From Felis catus (Eukaryota): a stretch of 64,000 nucleotides of DNA. Within the stretch, counting starts at the first letter, position 1. Every line of letters starts with the position of its first letter. The notes beneath the pieces are model-generated. The model was not told the DNA's origin. It did not search any database and saw only the letters and a program-made list of their open reading frames with translations. Positions 38,846 through 52,459 of this stretch are shown piece after piece. The DNA is taken from contig NC_058368.1 of NCBI RefSeq assembly GCF_018350175.1, forward strand, positions 143,842,001 to 143,906,000, in the 5' to 3' direction. The position numbers and the translations under genes were made by a program.

Positions 38846-41800
38846 ACTACCAGAAATAACAGCTGAGGAGTTGTGTAGCAAGGGTGAATAAAATTAACAT
38901 CTCAAAGGCAAATGACAAGTGGTGATGACTTACTCTACAGATCAAAAGCCAAAGGACCAGCACAGAACAGAGAGGTCCATTTGGAGGATTTTCTGAGTGT
39001 CCAGGACTCCGCCCTGCCTTCTCACCTCCACTGAGATTCTTTCCCTCCTCCAGAGCACTGCTGTCCCAAAATGGAGCTTGTGCTTTAAATGAATTCAACT
39101 GTACATCTCCTATATGCCATTTTTAGAGGAGTACATTAAGTGTTTTAATTTATCTGCCGGGTGGTGGAGGAGATGGGGGGAGGACATGCCTGGGAGTTCC
39201 AATGCTCCTCTCTGCAGGCCAGAAGCCCTCAATAGCTCTAACAGAAAAAAGTCCTCACATCTGTTATGCAAACACGCCATGTGCAACCAAAAATAAAACC
39301 CACACTGATGAAAGCCGACATTTCGGAAGATAATTTTAGACTTATTTTAAAACTGTAGAAACAGTCTTACTGAAATGTAAAAACCACAGCCCCAAAATGC
39401 CTGACCCCCTAGTGATTAAGCTCAAGGCTGCTTTAGAGGTCAACACGCTCCATTCCATTACAAACCTCCCACCTCACCTTAGCTTCGCTGTGTCCAAAGA
39501 CGCAGAGAAAACATTCCTGAGTGCTAATGTGACCCCAAAGGTCAATAGAAATGATGGCTAAGCTGACAGCAGGGTCTCCAAGTCGCTAATGGAGTTCTCG
39601 TACTTGGAGCTTTCAAACACACCCACGTGCATACGGCCTCTCTCACATCAAGGGGTTCCTTCTGCATACACTCACCAAACTGGTCTCTTTCTCCCCGACC
39701 TGAGGTCTGGTTCTCTAAGGACAACAACCCTATTACTCATACTTACATCCCCTGCACTTTGCACAGTGCTTGGCATCTACATAGTAAAGAAGGAAAGACA
39801 GGAGGAAAGAAGGAATTATAGGACTTAAAAGACTTTTTCAAGCATGAACTCAGATTACAGTGTAACCAAGTAACACGATCACCCTGTTAAATTCTGAAGA
39901 GCATCAAGACTCAACTATTCACAATATTTATGTAGTGTTTTGAGGCTACCCACTCCTAGTTCCCTCTGTGTTGTGCCATTTGTCTGCTCCCTCGGGCCCA
40001 TTTTTATAATGACAGAACTGTTCATTTCCAACCGTAAGCTCTTGTCTGCCCTATTTATCTGCGGAGCGCTCCAAGGTCCCGTCGGCAGACAGCTGCTGAA
40101 GAGATGCTTTTGAGGATGACAGAGAAAGGGGGCAGGAAAACTTGAGTTCTCACATCCTATCATTCTTCACTTCCCATAGCCAGATCCACCCTGAAACAGA
40201 GATCCTCTTAACACCTGATGCCCCTCCCCCAAAGTTTCTAGGTAACAGACCCGCAGGTCTAAGGACAATAACTATTGTTTCTTTTTCTCTGGCTCCGGGC
40301 AAGCTCATTATTACTGGACAAGGATCAAACCTCTCTGCCCTTGGTTCAGACTGGGGGAAAAAAAAAAAAAAAAAAAAAAAAAAAAGACTCTCAGCAGGGT
40401 ATCCATTAGTTCAAATGACTGCTTGTAGTACAGAACTATTTCCCACCATCATTTTCCCCCTGGAATTCGGAATTCACTTGTGTGCAGAAGGGTGAGGCCT
40501 GAGGGAGGGGAGGGGTGAGGGATGGGAGGGTTGCAGGGACTCTGTTTTCTCCCACATGTTGTTAGGTCTGGATGGAATTTACACCAAAGATAAAACTGTT
40601 TGGAAACATGTGTCCCCAAAGTCCCTCGCCCTTGGAAGGGAGGGGACCCAGAGCATTTAAGAGGTGGAACCTCACTACCAGCTCCCCACAGGAAAATTTT
40701 CATTAGGGCACAGTGAGAATTTTCCCACGGTGTCCTCACAAAGGACTTGGGGTTTGATGGCCCAAATCCACCTTTAACCTGAGAAACATACTCATTGATA
40801 AACTTGGCACATGCAAGGCACAACAGTACCATGAACTCAGCTGCTGTTAAGAAAGACAACTTCTGAGAAGCATTCTATGCCAGCTGAATTTAAAAACAAA
40901 AACAAACACAAAACAAAAAGAACAAACTCCAGAATCAAAGAACTGGGTCAGGTCAGCAATTATGATTATTTTTCTGCTAATGTGACTCTTGTTCTAACAC
41001 AAAAACATAAAATGCCAGCTAAGAATGGGGAGTTCTACTCTACAGAGCTCTAACGCTCCATAATAACACCTGCCAGGTCTCAGGTACACAGTTTTCTTAA
41101 CATTCAGCCGGTAAACATCAAAATCAAAATAAGAGCCAGATTTTCCAGCTTCGGTGTGAATACCTGCCATTCTATGCTGGGACAAACCACTCAATGTTTT
41201 GGATCAAACTGGAATATTTTTCATTGCTGTTTGCTTACTTCTAAAATATAATTACAGCACACACAACTTGAAGGCAGTTTCTATTTTACATGCAAAGCCA
41301 CTGGATAAATAAATACTAGATTTGTGACTGCTCCTATTTTCTACTTCAGACCAACAAGTCGTCCCTTGAGCCCAGCTTTTGGCCCTCACAACAGGAAGGA
41401 AGCAGGTGGGGGAGATAAGCTAAGAAAGCTGCTAAAGATGGTAGTTTCCAGAAGGAATCCTCCTCCTCCACTGGCTACAGAAAAAAGATTGGCAGTCAGG
41501 AGGAAGAAGTTTGCGAAGGCCTTCCCTGTTACACTTCTGTCACCATCTAAGCGACAACCAGACCCAGCGGTGCAGAAAAAGGCACTGGCCAGGCAGCCGG
41601 GAGACCAGCACTCCTGGGTTCTAGTCTCAGCTCTACCTGGGGTCACAGCTTTGGACAAGCCACTTCCCGGGGCCCCACCCACTCACCTGGCAAAAGAGGG
41701 GTCTGGTTAGGATTAAGATGTTAAGATTCTCCCATTTTAAAACTTCTAACCTTTGGGGCACCTCGCTGGCTTTGTTGGTGGAGCATGTGACTCTGGATCT

Positions 41801-42096
41801 TGGGTTTGGGGGGTTGGAGCTTCACACTGGGTGTAGAGAGAGATTACTCAAAAATAAAAACCTTTAAAAGCAACAACAACAACAACAAAAACTCCAAAAT
41901 ACCTTCTAACTTATCATTTAAATCATATTCTAAAAGAGGTAATAATTTTCTCTGCATAACCCTTATCATATCATAACCATAGGATACTTGCTGTCTCTTC
42001 ACAAAGTAGAACACATCATAAATGTAAGCTGGATCTTTTTTCCATTTATCTGTTTAACTAGAGCCTTTGCCTAGAAACTGTGTTTCAGTGTTTCTT

Positions 42097-42098
42097 TT

Positions 42099-42180
<82 letters not shown>
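42097..42180. repeat. (TTTC)n tetranucleotide repeat, ~21 units
   Basis: Read directly. Confidence 0.97.
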
Positions 42181-42182
<2 letters not shown>

Positions 42183-43004
42183 TTTAAATCGCCTGTGACT
42201 ACCACAGGGAGGGCTTTCCCACCAACAATACCAACTCTAATGCCTTCACATTCCTCTTCATACTACGGGTTAAAAATAAAAGTAAAGTGCTCATCTACCA
42301 AATTTCAGAGCCTCAAACATATTGCATCAGAACTCTGTCAACACTAGGAACTACCGAAGTATTGTTAAATGTCAATGGACTAAAACATGTACTTGTAAAG
42401 AGCCTTCTGAATTCAAAATTGTTTCTAAAGAAAGTAGTTTTCCTTAGAAAGCTCATCTGTACACTGTGGTGAGAACAGAATTTAGAAACGGGGTATCATC
42501 TGGGAGAAATACAAATGGCAAGCAGTCATTCATGGGATTTAGCCACTTGGAGAAAGATGTCAAAAGGAAGTGAACGTGTGAAGCTGGGGACATTCAGGAA
42601 CAATCCAAATCCAAATAACACAACTGGAATGTGACATCAAGGAGCACGGTAGAGGTGAATCAGAACTGACTGGAACGCACAGTGGAAACCCAATACTTTT
42701 ATGACCTGTCTGTGGTTAAGTACGTGGTCAGCACTAGATCTGGAAAAAAGAAGGGGAAGGCAACTCCCAGGGTCCCCAGCACAGCCCTGAGAAGAGCATG
42801 CCCTAACTAGCAGATAATCCATACAGGTACAACCAAAGCTAGAAATGAATGAGCTGCCCCAGGGAAAGGGGAAAGGCAGCAGATGAGAAGGGCAGAGGAC
42901 CGTGTCTCAGGCTTAGGCAAGGAGGAGTTGACCGCTTTGTTCTGGATGATGGATACTACAAGATTTGGATGTGGCCTTGGCACTAAACTGGCTACAAATA
43001 ATTC

Positions 43005-43230
43005 TTTCTTTTTTTTAAGTTCATTTATTTTGAGAGAAAAACAGCACACATGTATGTTGTGCACCTGAGCGGGGGCAGGGCAGACAAAGGGGGAGAGAGA
43101 GAATCCCAAGCAGGCTCCATGCTGTCAGCCTAGAGCCCAATGCAAGGCTCACACTTATGAACCCTAAGATCATGACCTGAGCCAAGATCAAGAGTCAGAC
43201 GCTTAATCGACTGAGCCACCCAGGCGCCCC
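43005..43230 (-). mobile_element. CanSINE
   Basis: Flanked by TGGCT..AAATAATTCTTT duplication. Confidence 0.9.
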
Positions 43231-44599
43231 TGGCTTAAAATAATTCTTTAACTATTTTGCTTTCATCTACTTCCACATAATTTTATATTAATGTTGGTAA
43301 TATACATGAATTTCCTGCTACCACATCTCCTTCTCCTTTCTCCTTCTAAGATAATAATGAACAGCGAAAATTACTGAAAAATACAGATCAAAAAAAATTA
43401 TATAGCATACACTAGGGAATGTGTCGTGAGACAGAATTTTCTGAATAAACAGAGAAAAATTCTTTAAGCCTATCTTGTTACCTTTGTTCAAAGAGCCTAA
43501 ATCCACAGTTAGCAGCCTTAACATTCACCTCCTTTCCTGTTACCTGGTACATTTTGGACTTCACAATAAATGTAGAAATTGTAATTACAGTATGTAGTTA
43601 AGATTTTAAAAGTGGTGGTGGGGTGTGGGGGGTGTGGTGTAGTGATGATTATTAGTTGGGAAAGAAAGGGCCTGGTTTAGATCCAACTCAGTGTCCCACC
43701 TCCACCACACATTAGTCCGGAAATGGAATGGTCCATTGAGCCCAGTGGACCAAAGGGATCAAGAAAAATTCTAAATAGTTACTTGGATAAAAATGCCTGA
43801 TTGCAGTAAGCAAGGGGTAGACTAGTTCCGGTGGAGAAGGGTTCCTTGGATCTCAGGCTGGGGCTACGGGTGTAGACGTGCACAGACCGCTCGAGCACAC
43901 CCCACTCAGCAACTTCCCTATTGCTCACCGAAACAGAGGTGGGTGAAGAGAAGCCTGGTGTCCACTCTCATACTTACAGCTCTTTCTCAAGAGTTTAAGC
44001 TGTTTCAGGAGCGGCAAATCCAAATGCCTTTCTTCGGGGCAAGGGGTAAAGGTAAATGTATGAGACACTGTAAGCAAACAACCTGTGTTGGGACCTATGA
44101 TGAGCTATGGCATGCTCGCCCTCTCTGAAGGAGCCAAATATAAATTTTAAAATAACAACACCAACAACGATAATAACCACTGGCCAGACTCACTTGCAGT
44201 CTCTGGGAGTGGCACTGGCTGATGGCGAGGGCAGGGTTCTAACGTCAGACTGGCTAACTTTCACCAAGTTCAGGGAGAGAATGGAGTTTCGGAAATGCTT
44301 TTAAGACACTGAGGAAACTGCAGCCAAGAGTCCTGCTCACGATCCTATTAGACCTGGTCCACAGTTCTTTTAAAGCCCACTCTACCCTGTAGCATTATTA
44401 CCCTGTGTTGAATAGACAAAAAGCTCTTTTCATCCAGGGCAAGAATAACCAATGACAGGAGGACTGCAGTTTTCTGCATTATTACTCCCTTAAAGGAAAA
44501 TGGACCTAAACCCATGAGGAGAAAATACCGCAAAAAGTAAAACACGTTTCCAAAAGTAAGATTACAAACAAAGCAGAATGTCTTCTAAAACAAATGAAG

Positions 44600-46051
44600 G
44601 GGGGCGCCTGGCTGTCTCGGTTGGAAGAGGACACGATTCTTGAACTTGGGGTCATGAATTCGAGCCCCATGTTAAACACGGAGTTTACTTTAATTAATTA
44701 TTTAATTAACAAAAAAAAAAATGAAGGAACAAAAAAAGGCTGCTATCAAAAACAAAAGATCTTAGTAGCCTTTCCTCTCGATACACAAACTAATTCTTCA
44801 AAATTTAAATTTAAAACAAACATACAGTAGGGGCGCCTGGGTGGCGCAGTTGGTTAAGCGTCCGACTTCAGCCAGGTCACGATCTCGCGGTCCGTGAGTT
44901 CGAGCCCCGCGTCAGGCTCTGGGCTGATGGCTCAGAGCCTGGAGCCTGTTTCCGATTCTGTGTCTCCCTCTCTCTCTGCCCCTCCCCCGTTCATGCTCTG
45001 TCTCTCTCTGTCCCAAAAAATAAATAAACGTTGAAAAAAAAAATTAAAAAAAAAATAAAACAAACATACAGCACAAAAACCAGTCTTCCACAATGTGGAA
45101 GATGTGTTTTGGTTCTGAAGAAAATAAAATGCAAAGGTCCAGCCATCTCAGGTACTGACCTACCACCCATCTCAAGGATTAGAGCAGTGTGGTGATCACA
45201 TAGGATGGGAGTGAAGGAAAGGACCTAAGAAGTTTCTGGTCAGGTGCATTTAGGGCTCTTCCTACTTGGCCTGGCTCACTGAGCTCAGAGGGAAGAAGGC
45301 TCGAGGGCCATATCAATCACCTGTCCTTCCTTCTCCAATGTACGTTTGGTTTCAGAGGCCCCTCCTCCACAGGAAACAAGAACCTCTCTTTCTTGTCCCT
45401 CTCAAAATGCCAGTGCAGAGGCGCCTGGGTGGCTTAGCAGACTGAGCATCTCTTGATTTCAGCTCATGTCATGATCCCAGGGTCATGGAATCTAGCCCCA
45501 CATTGGTCCCCACACTGAGTGTAGAGCCTGCTTGAGATTCTCTCTCTCCCTCTGCCTCTGCCCCATCCCCTGCTTGCATGCGCTCTCTCTCTTTCTCTCT
45601 TTCAAATTAAGGGGAAAAAAAGAACTTTTAAAAATTAAAAAAAAAAAAAAAAAAAAGAAAGAAAGAAAAAAACCAGCAGAGGCACCTGGGAGGCTGGCTC
45701 AGTTAGTTGAGCGTACAACTTCGGCTCAGGTGATGATCACAGAGCCTGCTTCAGATCCTCTGTCCCCCATTCACTGCCCCTCCTCTGCTCACACTTTCTC
45801 AAAAGTGAATAAACATTTATTGAAGGTGGGGGGAGGGGCACCTGGGTGGCTTAGTGGGTTAAGCGTCCGACTTCGGCTCAGGTCATGATCTCATGGTTCA
45901 TGGGTTTGAGCCCCACATCGGGCTCTATGCTGACAGCTCAGAGCCTTGAGCCTGCTTTGGATTCTGTGTCTCCCTCTCTCTCTGCCCCTCCCCTGCTTGT
46001 GCTCTGTCTGTCTCTGTCTCTCAAAAATAAATAAATGTAAAAAAAAAAAAA
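44600..46051 (+). mobile_element. Cluster of five CanSINEs (~44600, 44830 young, ~45418, ~45680, ~45836)
   Basis: Five heads; the 44830 copy has TSD TAAAACAAACATACAG. Confidence 0.88.
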
Positions 46052-47753
46052 TGGGGGGGGGGAGCCAGTGCAGATTACAGGGGGGTCAAAACCTCAAAGT
46101 GTCATCATTTGCTTCCAGAGAAGTTCCATCTTGATTTAGTGGTGCAGGTCAGTAGACTTATATCTCTCTCAAAATACCTACCCTCCCCATTTGGGAGTTG
46201 TTGTTTTGTGGGGGTTTTTTTGGTCACCCTACATTCTGAAATGGATTTTTAATCCCCTAGGCATCAAGTATCTCAAGACCATACCTGCTTGAATTACATG
46301 CCTAATGACATGAATGTCCTGCAGTAAAATCGCTCCTCCATTTAAGATGGGAACCATGCTCCAGGAGAAGACAGAAGTCTCGCCCCACTCCACCAGCACA
46401 GCAATTTCCTCTGAGCCCAAGTTCTCACGGGAAAGAGGAGTTTGCCTAGTGACACAAGGCAGCATGAAGTGCGGCCCCGCGGCTCCCTGCAGTTCCCTCT
46501 CGCTCAATTTTAAACACAGGCCACCTTTTGAAACCAAGGCAAACACTGAAAACAACTGAATAGGAGGGCTGCCCTCATGTTCTTAACCCCAGCAGCCCCC
46601 GTCCCTTGCACATAAAGGTGAGAATGCCGGGTGGGAGGCAATTATACACTCCCATCTGGGCAGTTACAAGCACACACGCTTTCTCCTCTTCCAGTCACAT
46701 CCTCAAACGTTACCACAGCCCAACAAAGCGGGGGAAGGACTGCAGCAGAAGCCCAGTGTGTGTCCCCACAAGGGGACCTTTCAACGCCCGCCCTCAAGCA
46801 TCGCCTGAGGATGAGGTCAGCCTCTACTCTATAGGCTGCAAACAAGCTGACTTTGTGACCAGCTGGCCTGCCCACTATGAAGCCCTAAAGATGGAAAAGG
46901 ATTGGTTTCGCCCACAGGGACCTCATTCCTTATGCAGAAAGCCCAGCCAAACCATTTTTAAAGAAGTACATTCAGGAGACAGGCATAGAAACATTTACAA
47001 GAGCCAGTGTGAGGTGTCCGGGCAGCCCCTTCTCCCTCTCGCTCTCTCCCTTCCTCCGTCCCTCCCTCTGCAATGACCCCAAATCACACTGTACATACAC
47101 AGGACTGCTGGGCTCACCTCCCTAAATATCCATCTGTTTTGACAAGGACATACTCTTACTCAAGAATTGATAATAGCTTCCAAGTGGCCATCAGACCACG
47201 GTCAAATGCCTAACTTTGGCAATAAAATTCCCGCAAGGTCATTTTACCTCCCCATGTCTCATCTCTGTCCTTCTACACGTGCCTCGTCCTTGTTCTCTTC
47301 CCTCCCTGTCAACCTACACAGCCAATCACTAAGAATGCATTCAGCCTGGGTTCAAATCCCAACTGTACCCCTTAGAGCGGGAGACCTCGGATAAGGTACT
47401 TAAAGGATGCAATGCCTCAGTTTCTTCATATGTAAGGCAGGAATAATGCTTAGCTGAGTGCAGCAGTGATGAACCGAGATAATTCAGGTAAAATGCTCAG
47501 AATAAAACCTGGTGCGTGGTATTACCCAGTAAATATTAGCAATTAAAGTACTCATTATTCTCACACAAGTCACTTCCATGAAGCCTCCCTTAGTGATACC
47601 ACTCCCTTAGTGAAACGCTTTCTGTTTCTTAAATGTTCTACCGACACTTAGAAACCATACATGCTAGCTGGAGTTGTCAGGGACAATTTCATGGGGCAGG
47701 TTAGTTGGATGGCAATAAAATATTAAAATTAGTATTATGAAAGTTATATCCTA

Positions 47754-47839
47754 GGGGGGCCTCAGTGACTCCCTTGGTGGAGCATCTGACTCTGGATTTC
47801 AGCTGAGGTCATGATCTCATGAGCATGGAGCTGCTTAAG

Positions 47840-47893
<54 letters not shown>

Positions 47894-47945
47894 CCTCTCA
47901 CCCACTTGTACCCTCTCTCTCTAAAATAAAATTAAATTTAAAAAA
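47754..47945 (+). mobile_element. CanSINE with long (CT)n
   Basis: Head, CT repeat, tail. Confidence 0.85.
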
Positions 47946-48564
47946 AGAAAGTCATGTCCTAAAATGTATACCAGTGGCTCCCAAATGAACCCTACCTGTA
48001 GTAATGTTGCTCATGGGTTCACCACTACACATTTGTATACTTTCAGGTTTTGTTTCTTGGATCCAAAGCTAAATTCTACCAAGACTGAAAACTTCTTAAG
48101 GGCTGGAAATGTACCACAGACAACTGACACACACTGAGAATTCCTATCACAACCACAATAGATCCTCAAACCGATGCTTGCTGAATTGACAAAGAGAATA
48201 TGATGTTACCTGAAAAACAAAGGTAATAAAAGGGAGATGAAATGCCCTTTCAGTTTTCCTCCTCTCAAACGTCCTGCCACAAACATACAAGATTAAACCA
48301 TGGTATGCGGAAGACAATTGGTGGTAACTACCACCAAGGTGCAGTACAGCCTGATGTAGCCTAACGAGGCAGTCTTAGCTCTGGGTCTCCCCACCTCCAA
48401 ATTTCCAAAGCGCTTCATGCATCCTCTCATACGGCACTGACTAATTTCCCCCTTGTTCTATGCCTGAGATGACTGATGGATGATAAGCTCCATTTCTCAC
48501 AAGTTTGAATGCCCCAGAGCTCCCACTGCAGTGCCTTACTGAGGAGACATCCAATGTTTAAAGC

Positions 48565-48775
48565 ACGGAGTAGCTGGGTGGCTCAGGGGTTAAGCATCTG
48601 ACTTTGGCTCAGGTCATGATCTCATGGTTCATGAGTTCGAGCCCCGCATCAGGCTCTGTGCTGACATCTCGAGCCTGGAACCTGCTATGGATTCTGTGTT
48701 TCCCTCTCTCCTGACCCTCCCTTGCTCTCTTTCTCTCTCTCTCTCAAAAATAAACATTAAAAAAAAAAAATTAAA
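48565..48775 (+). mobile_element. CanSINE
   Basis: Body and A tail. Confidence 0.88.
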
Positions 48776-48867
48776 GTAATCAGGGGAGAAGTGCAGTGTC
48801 ACAGGTTTTGACAGTAGTTTCCCCAAATTCCAGATCATACATTCGCAATTATAAAAGCAATGCCCAA

Positions 48868-49501
48868 TGGGAATGCAAGCTGGTGCAGCCACTCTGGAAC
48901 ACAGTATGGAGGTTCCTCAAAAAACTAAAAATAGAACGATCCTATGACCCAGCAATTGCACTACTAGGCATTTATCCAAGGGATACAGGTGTGCTGTTTC
49001 AAAGGGACACATGCACCCCCATGTTTATAGCAGCACTATCAACAATAGCCAAAGTATGGAAAGAGCCCAAATGTCCATCGATGGATGAATGGATAAAGAA
49101 GACATGGTGTGTATATATATACAATGGAGTATTACTTGGCAATCAAAAAGAATGAAATCTTGCCATTTACAACTAATGGAATTAGAGGGTATTATGCTAA
49201 GTGAAATTAGTCAGAGAAAGACAAAAATCATATGATTTCATTCATATGAGGGCTTTAAGAGACAAAACAGATGAACATAAGGGAAGGGAAACAAAAATAA
49301 TATAAAAACAGGGAGGGGGACAAAACAGAAGAGACTCATAAATATGGAGAACAAACAGAGGGTTACTGGAGGGGTTGTGGGAGGAAGGATGGGCTAAATG
49401 GCCAAGGGGCATTAAGGAATCTACTCCTGAAATCATTGTTGCACTATATGCTAACTAATTTGGATATAAATTTTAAAAAATAAAAAATTAAAATTAAAAA
49501 A
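48868..49501 (+). mobile_element. Felid L1 3' fragment (~635 bp)
   Basis: ORF2 C-terminal peptide [10 protein letters not shown]...; TSD AAAAG(C/T)AATGC(C/A)CAA at 48853-48867 and 49502-49516. Confidence 0.93.
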
Positions 49502-49592
49502 AAAAGTAATGCACAACAGAAAACTTCAGAGAGCCTAATGGATAAGAATATGTCAAGTGTTTCTAAGGAAATGGTTGTTCTGAATCCCCTGA

Positions 49593-50153
49593 TGTGGGAC
49601 CCAAGGAATTTAACAAAAATCCCCTACCCCTGGACAAGCAGAGCAAGACTAACTCCATTTTGTACTACACCCACCATCTCATGTATAACCCCCACATGAC
49701 CTACTTATTGCTGAAGACACTCCCCCACCCTAGTCAAGCCGCTGAGCACACCCTTACTGGAAACCGGCTCATATAGGAATGCGGAACCCCTAACCGCCAA
49801 AGAATGTAAACCCCACCTTTTGCCTGCAAAACTTGCACGCCAATTCTTAAACCCCACCTTTTGCCAATTCCGACCAGAGTGATAGGCTAGTTCAAACTAT
49901 AGGGTAAATTGTAATTCAATTGGCCACCTGCATGTGGACCGACATGACTATGCAACTTTCTGTGTGTGTTACAATCTCACTGGCCACTGGCCCCTATAAA
50001 ACTGCTACGCCTCTTAACCTAGGGGTCCAAGTCCCTGCTCCGCTGTGTCGGGTATACTTGGGCCCAAGCTCGAGCTTGCAAATAAACCCTTGTGCGTTTG
50101 CATCGGTATCGGCTTCTTGGTGGTCTCTCGGATTTGAAATCGGGGGCATTACA
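49593..50153 (+). mobile_element. Solo ERV LTR of a second family (ERV1/gamma-like)
   Basis: TGT...ACA; TSD CTGA (49589-49592, 50154-50157); TATAAAA at 49995; AATAAA at 50081; duplicated AAACCCCACCTTTTGCC in U3. Confidence 0.92.
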
Positions 50154-51289
50154 CTGAGAGTATATTTAAGATAGCCTGTAGCTTCAGCATGAGGGTGGGG
50201 AAAAGAGACACTTGCTCGGGAGTTGTTCCTGGTGATGGCGTCTCCACGGTGGTGGGGTTCCATCAGAGTGCTGGCCCTAGCCTTCTCCCCCTCCTCATTC
50301 TGCTGGGCCCCAGGAAAATGGGGTTTGGATAGCTAGCCTTTGCTCTCCTCCTTTCCCTTAGACAAGAGCTGCCCCTGGCAAAGAGTGCTCCTGCCACTCT
50401 TCTCGGGAAACTGTATCTCTGCAGGGGAAGTATGGCCCAGCCTAGGGGGACTGGTGCCTGGGTAGGCTCCCTCAGTGGAAAAGTCTAACTTGTTTTGGGG
50501 TTCAGTACTAGGAGGCCCACTTCTCTGCAGATCCAAGCCATACTCTCTCATATGAGCTTTATGAGGGACAGAGGGTGATGTCTGGCATCCATCTACTGAC
50601 ACTTCGGTCTTTTTTGCCCATTTGTTTAGAGACTAAGAGGGGAAATGTTATTTACTGGGCTCCCTCAAAAACCCCAACACGTGCCCCTGTCATCTGGCTG
50701 ATTAAAATGCCTTCTATGGGGAAAGTCCAGGAAAACGCCCTGCTTCATCAGCATCACAAACCAGGCCTACTTCTGCATACATTGCCCAAGAAATGTCTAA
50801 AAATCCACTCCTCACCCTTGGAGACACCCGAACCACAAATGACATGTCAGCAAAGTAAAAATCGCCCTACTGCCCACTCCTCATCATCTGTGGAATTTTC
50901 TAAACTTTATCAGGCTTCCCAAGTAGGCCAAAGAGAGTTTATTATAACAGCTGCTACTTGAGACACTGGAAGCCATCCTTACAACAAGGGAAAAGTACCA
51001 AGTCTACAAGAAAAGACTGTACATCTAGGAGGAACAGTTATAAACAAGGCATAGACCGAACACACAATACACCAAAGAACAGACTGTATCTGTTCTACTG
51101 CTAAAGTTCAAGACTTTGAATGGTTCCCCTGCTTGGCAGGAAAGCAATGAAGAGGCTTCAGGAAGGTCTGGAGATAATGAGTATACCCCTACCCACACCA
51201 GCGTGGCTGGGCCCTATCCTTTACAGGGAAAGTTTTCCCACACACCCTCACCAATCATCATCAAATGAGAAGAGTTAAAAAGAGGCCAC

Positions 51290-51791
51290 GGAGCCTGAGT
51301 GGCTCAGTCGGTTAAGCGTCCGACTCTTGATTTCGGTTCAGGTCATGATCTCACAGCTTGTGGGTTTGAGCCTGGCATCGGGCTCTGTGCTGGCAGCATG
51401 AAGCCTGCTTGGGATTCTCTCTCTCTCCCTCTCTCTCTGCCCCTCCCCTGCTTATGCTCTAAATCTCTCTGTCAAAATAAATAAATCCAAAGCATTAAAA
51501 AAAGAAAGAAAAGAGGGGCGCCTGGGTGGCGCAGTCGGTTAAGCGTCTGACTTCAGCCAGGTCACGATCTCGCGGTCTGTGAGTTCGAGCCCCGCGTCAG
51601 GCTCTGGGCTGATGGCTCAGAGCCTGGAGCCTGTTTCCGATTCTGTGTCTCCCTCTCTCTCTGCCCCTCCCCCGTTCATGCTCTGTCTCTCTCTGTCCCA
51701 AAAATAAATAAACGTTGAAAAAAAAAAATTAAAAAAAAAATTAAAAAAAAAAGAAAGAAAAGAAAAAGAAAAAGAAAAGAAAAGAAAAGAA
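51290..51791 (+). mobile_element. Two tandem CanSINEs; the young copy at 51515 sits in the tail of the first, next to the exon 2 donor
   Basis: Two heads; A/GA-rich tail ends ~20 nt from the donor hexamer. Confidence 0.93.
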
Positions 51792-51816
51792 GGGAGGGAG
51801 GATGAGGCAGACTTAC

Positions 51817-51984
51817 ATGCTCCTTCATTTCATTAGCTACGGTTTTTGACATCATGATGCAGCAAAGAAGAACGACCAGAATGAAGTACAATGCATACAT
51901 GAAGCGGGTGCTCCGGGACTGTCGGATCTTGGGGCAGCAGTCACAGCACAGGGAGCAGCCAGCGGACCCACAGCAGCAGGCCAA
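51817..51984 (-). CDS. SERINC5: SERINC5 exon 2 (168 nt, phase 0-0): LACCCGSAGCSLCCDCCPKIRQSRSTRFMYALYFILVVLLCCIMMSKTVANEMKEH
   Basis: Cys-rich N-terminus matches SERINC5 as recalled; acceptor TAG (AG at 51986-51985); donor GTAAGT at 51816-51811. Confidence 0.97.
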
Positions 51985-52459
51985 CTAGGAAAGGAACACA
52001 AAACATCCTCTTAGAGCCATTGATTTACGGACCCATTAACCCCAGACCGCTGCAGGTCGACCTCCCAGGCTATCAGTCTTCTGAGCCATCTTGCCTACAG
52101 AACGTGCAGGAACAGTTTAGTGTGCAAATGAAGCTTTCACCAGAATTGGTCTGATATTGTCTTTAATAAAAAGAAGGGACTGTGGCTTGGGAGAGGCCCA
52201 ATCATTAAAAAGGAAAAGTCACAGTTCACCTGAAGCACTATAATCATTACTCTGAGGGGAAACAAAGATTTCAGGGATCAGCTAAGGAGTAAGAGAAGAA
52301 GTCTAAAACCTAAAAATTCAATCTCTTGGTGATGATTTGGAAGGCACTTCAGGACCCTGCAATGGTTTGAAAACAAGCGTCACACTGTAAACATCACTGC
52401 CAATGAGAAGAGATCATAGGTATCAGACAAGAGGCTATAATCACATCTTACTTCATTTA

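Noticed and set aside
46606..47076. Longest ORF in the track (156 aa; also 18065..18511 and 61863..62291)
   Set aside because: Non-ATG start for 46606, no recognisable domain in any of them, and lengths expected by chance or overlapping repeats
51676..51816. Hydrophobic Phe-rich extension of the exon 2 ORF
   Set aside because: Read-through past a consensus donor into a SINE tail; no evidence for intron retention
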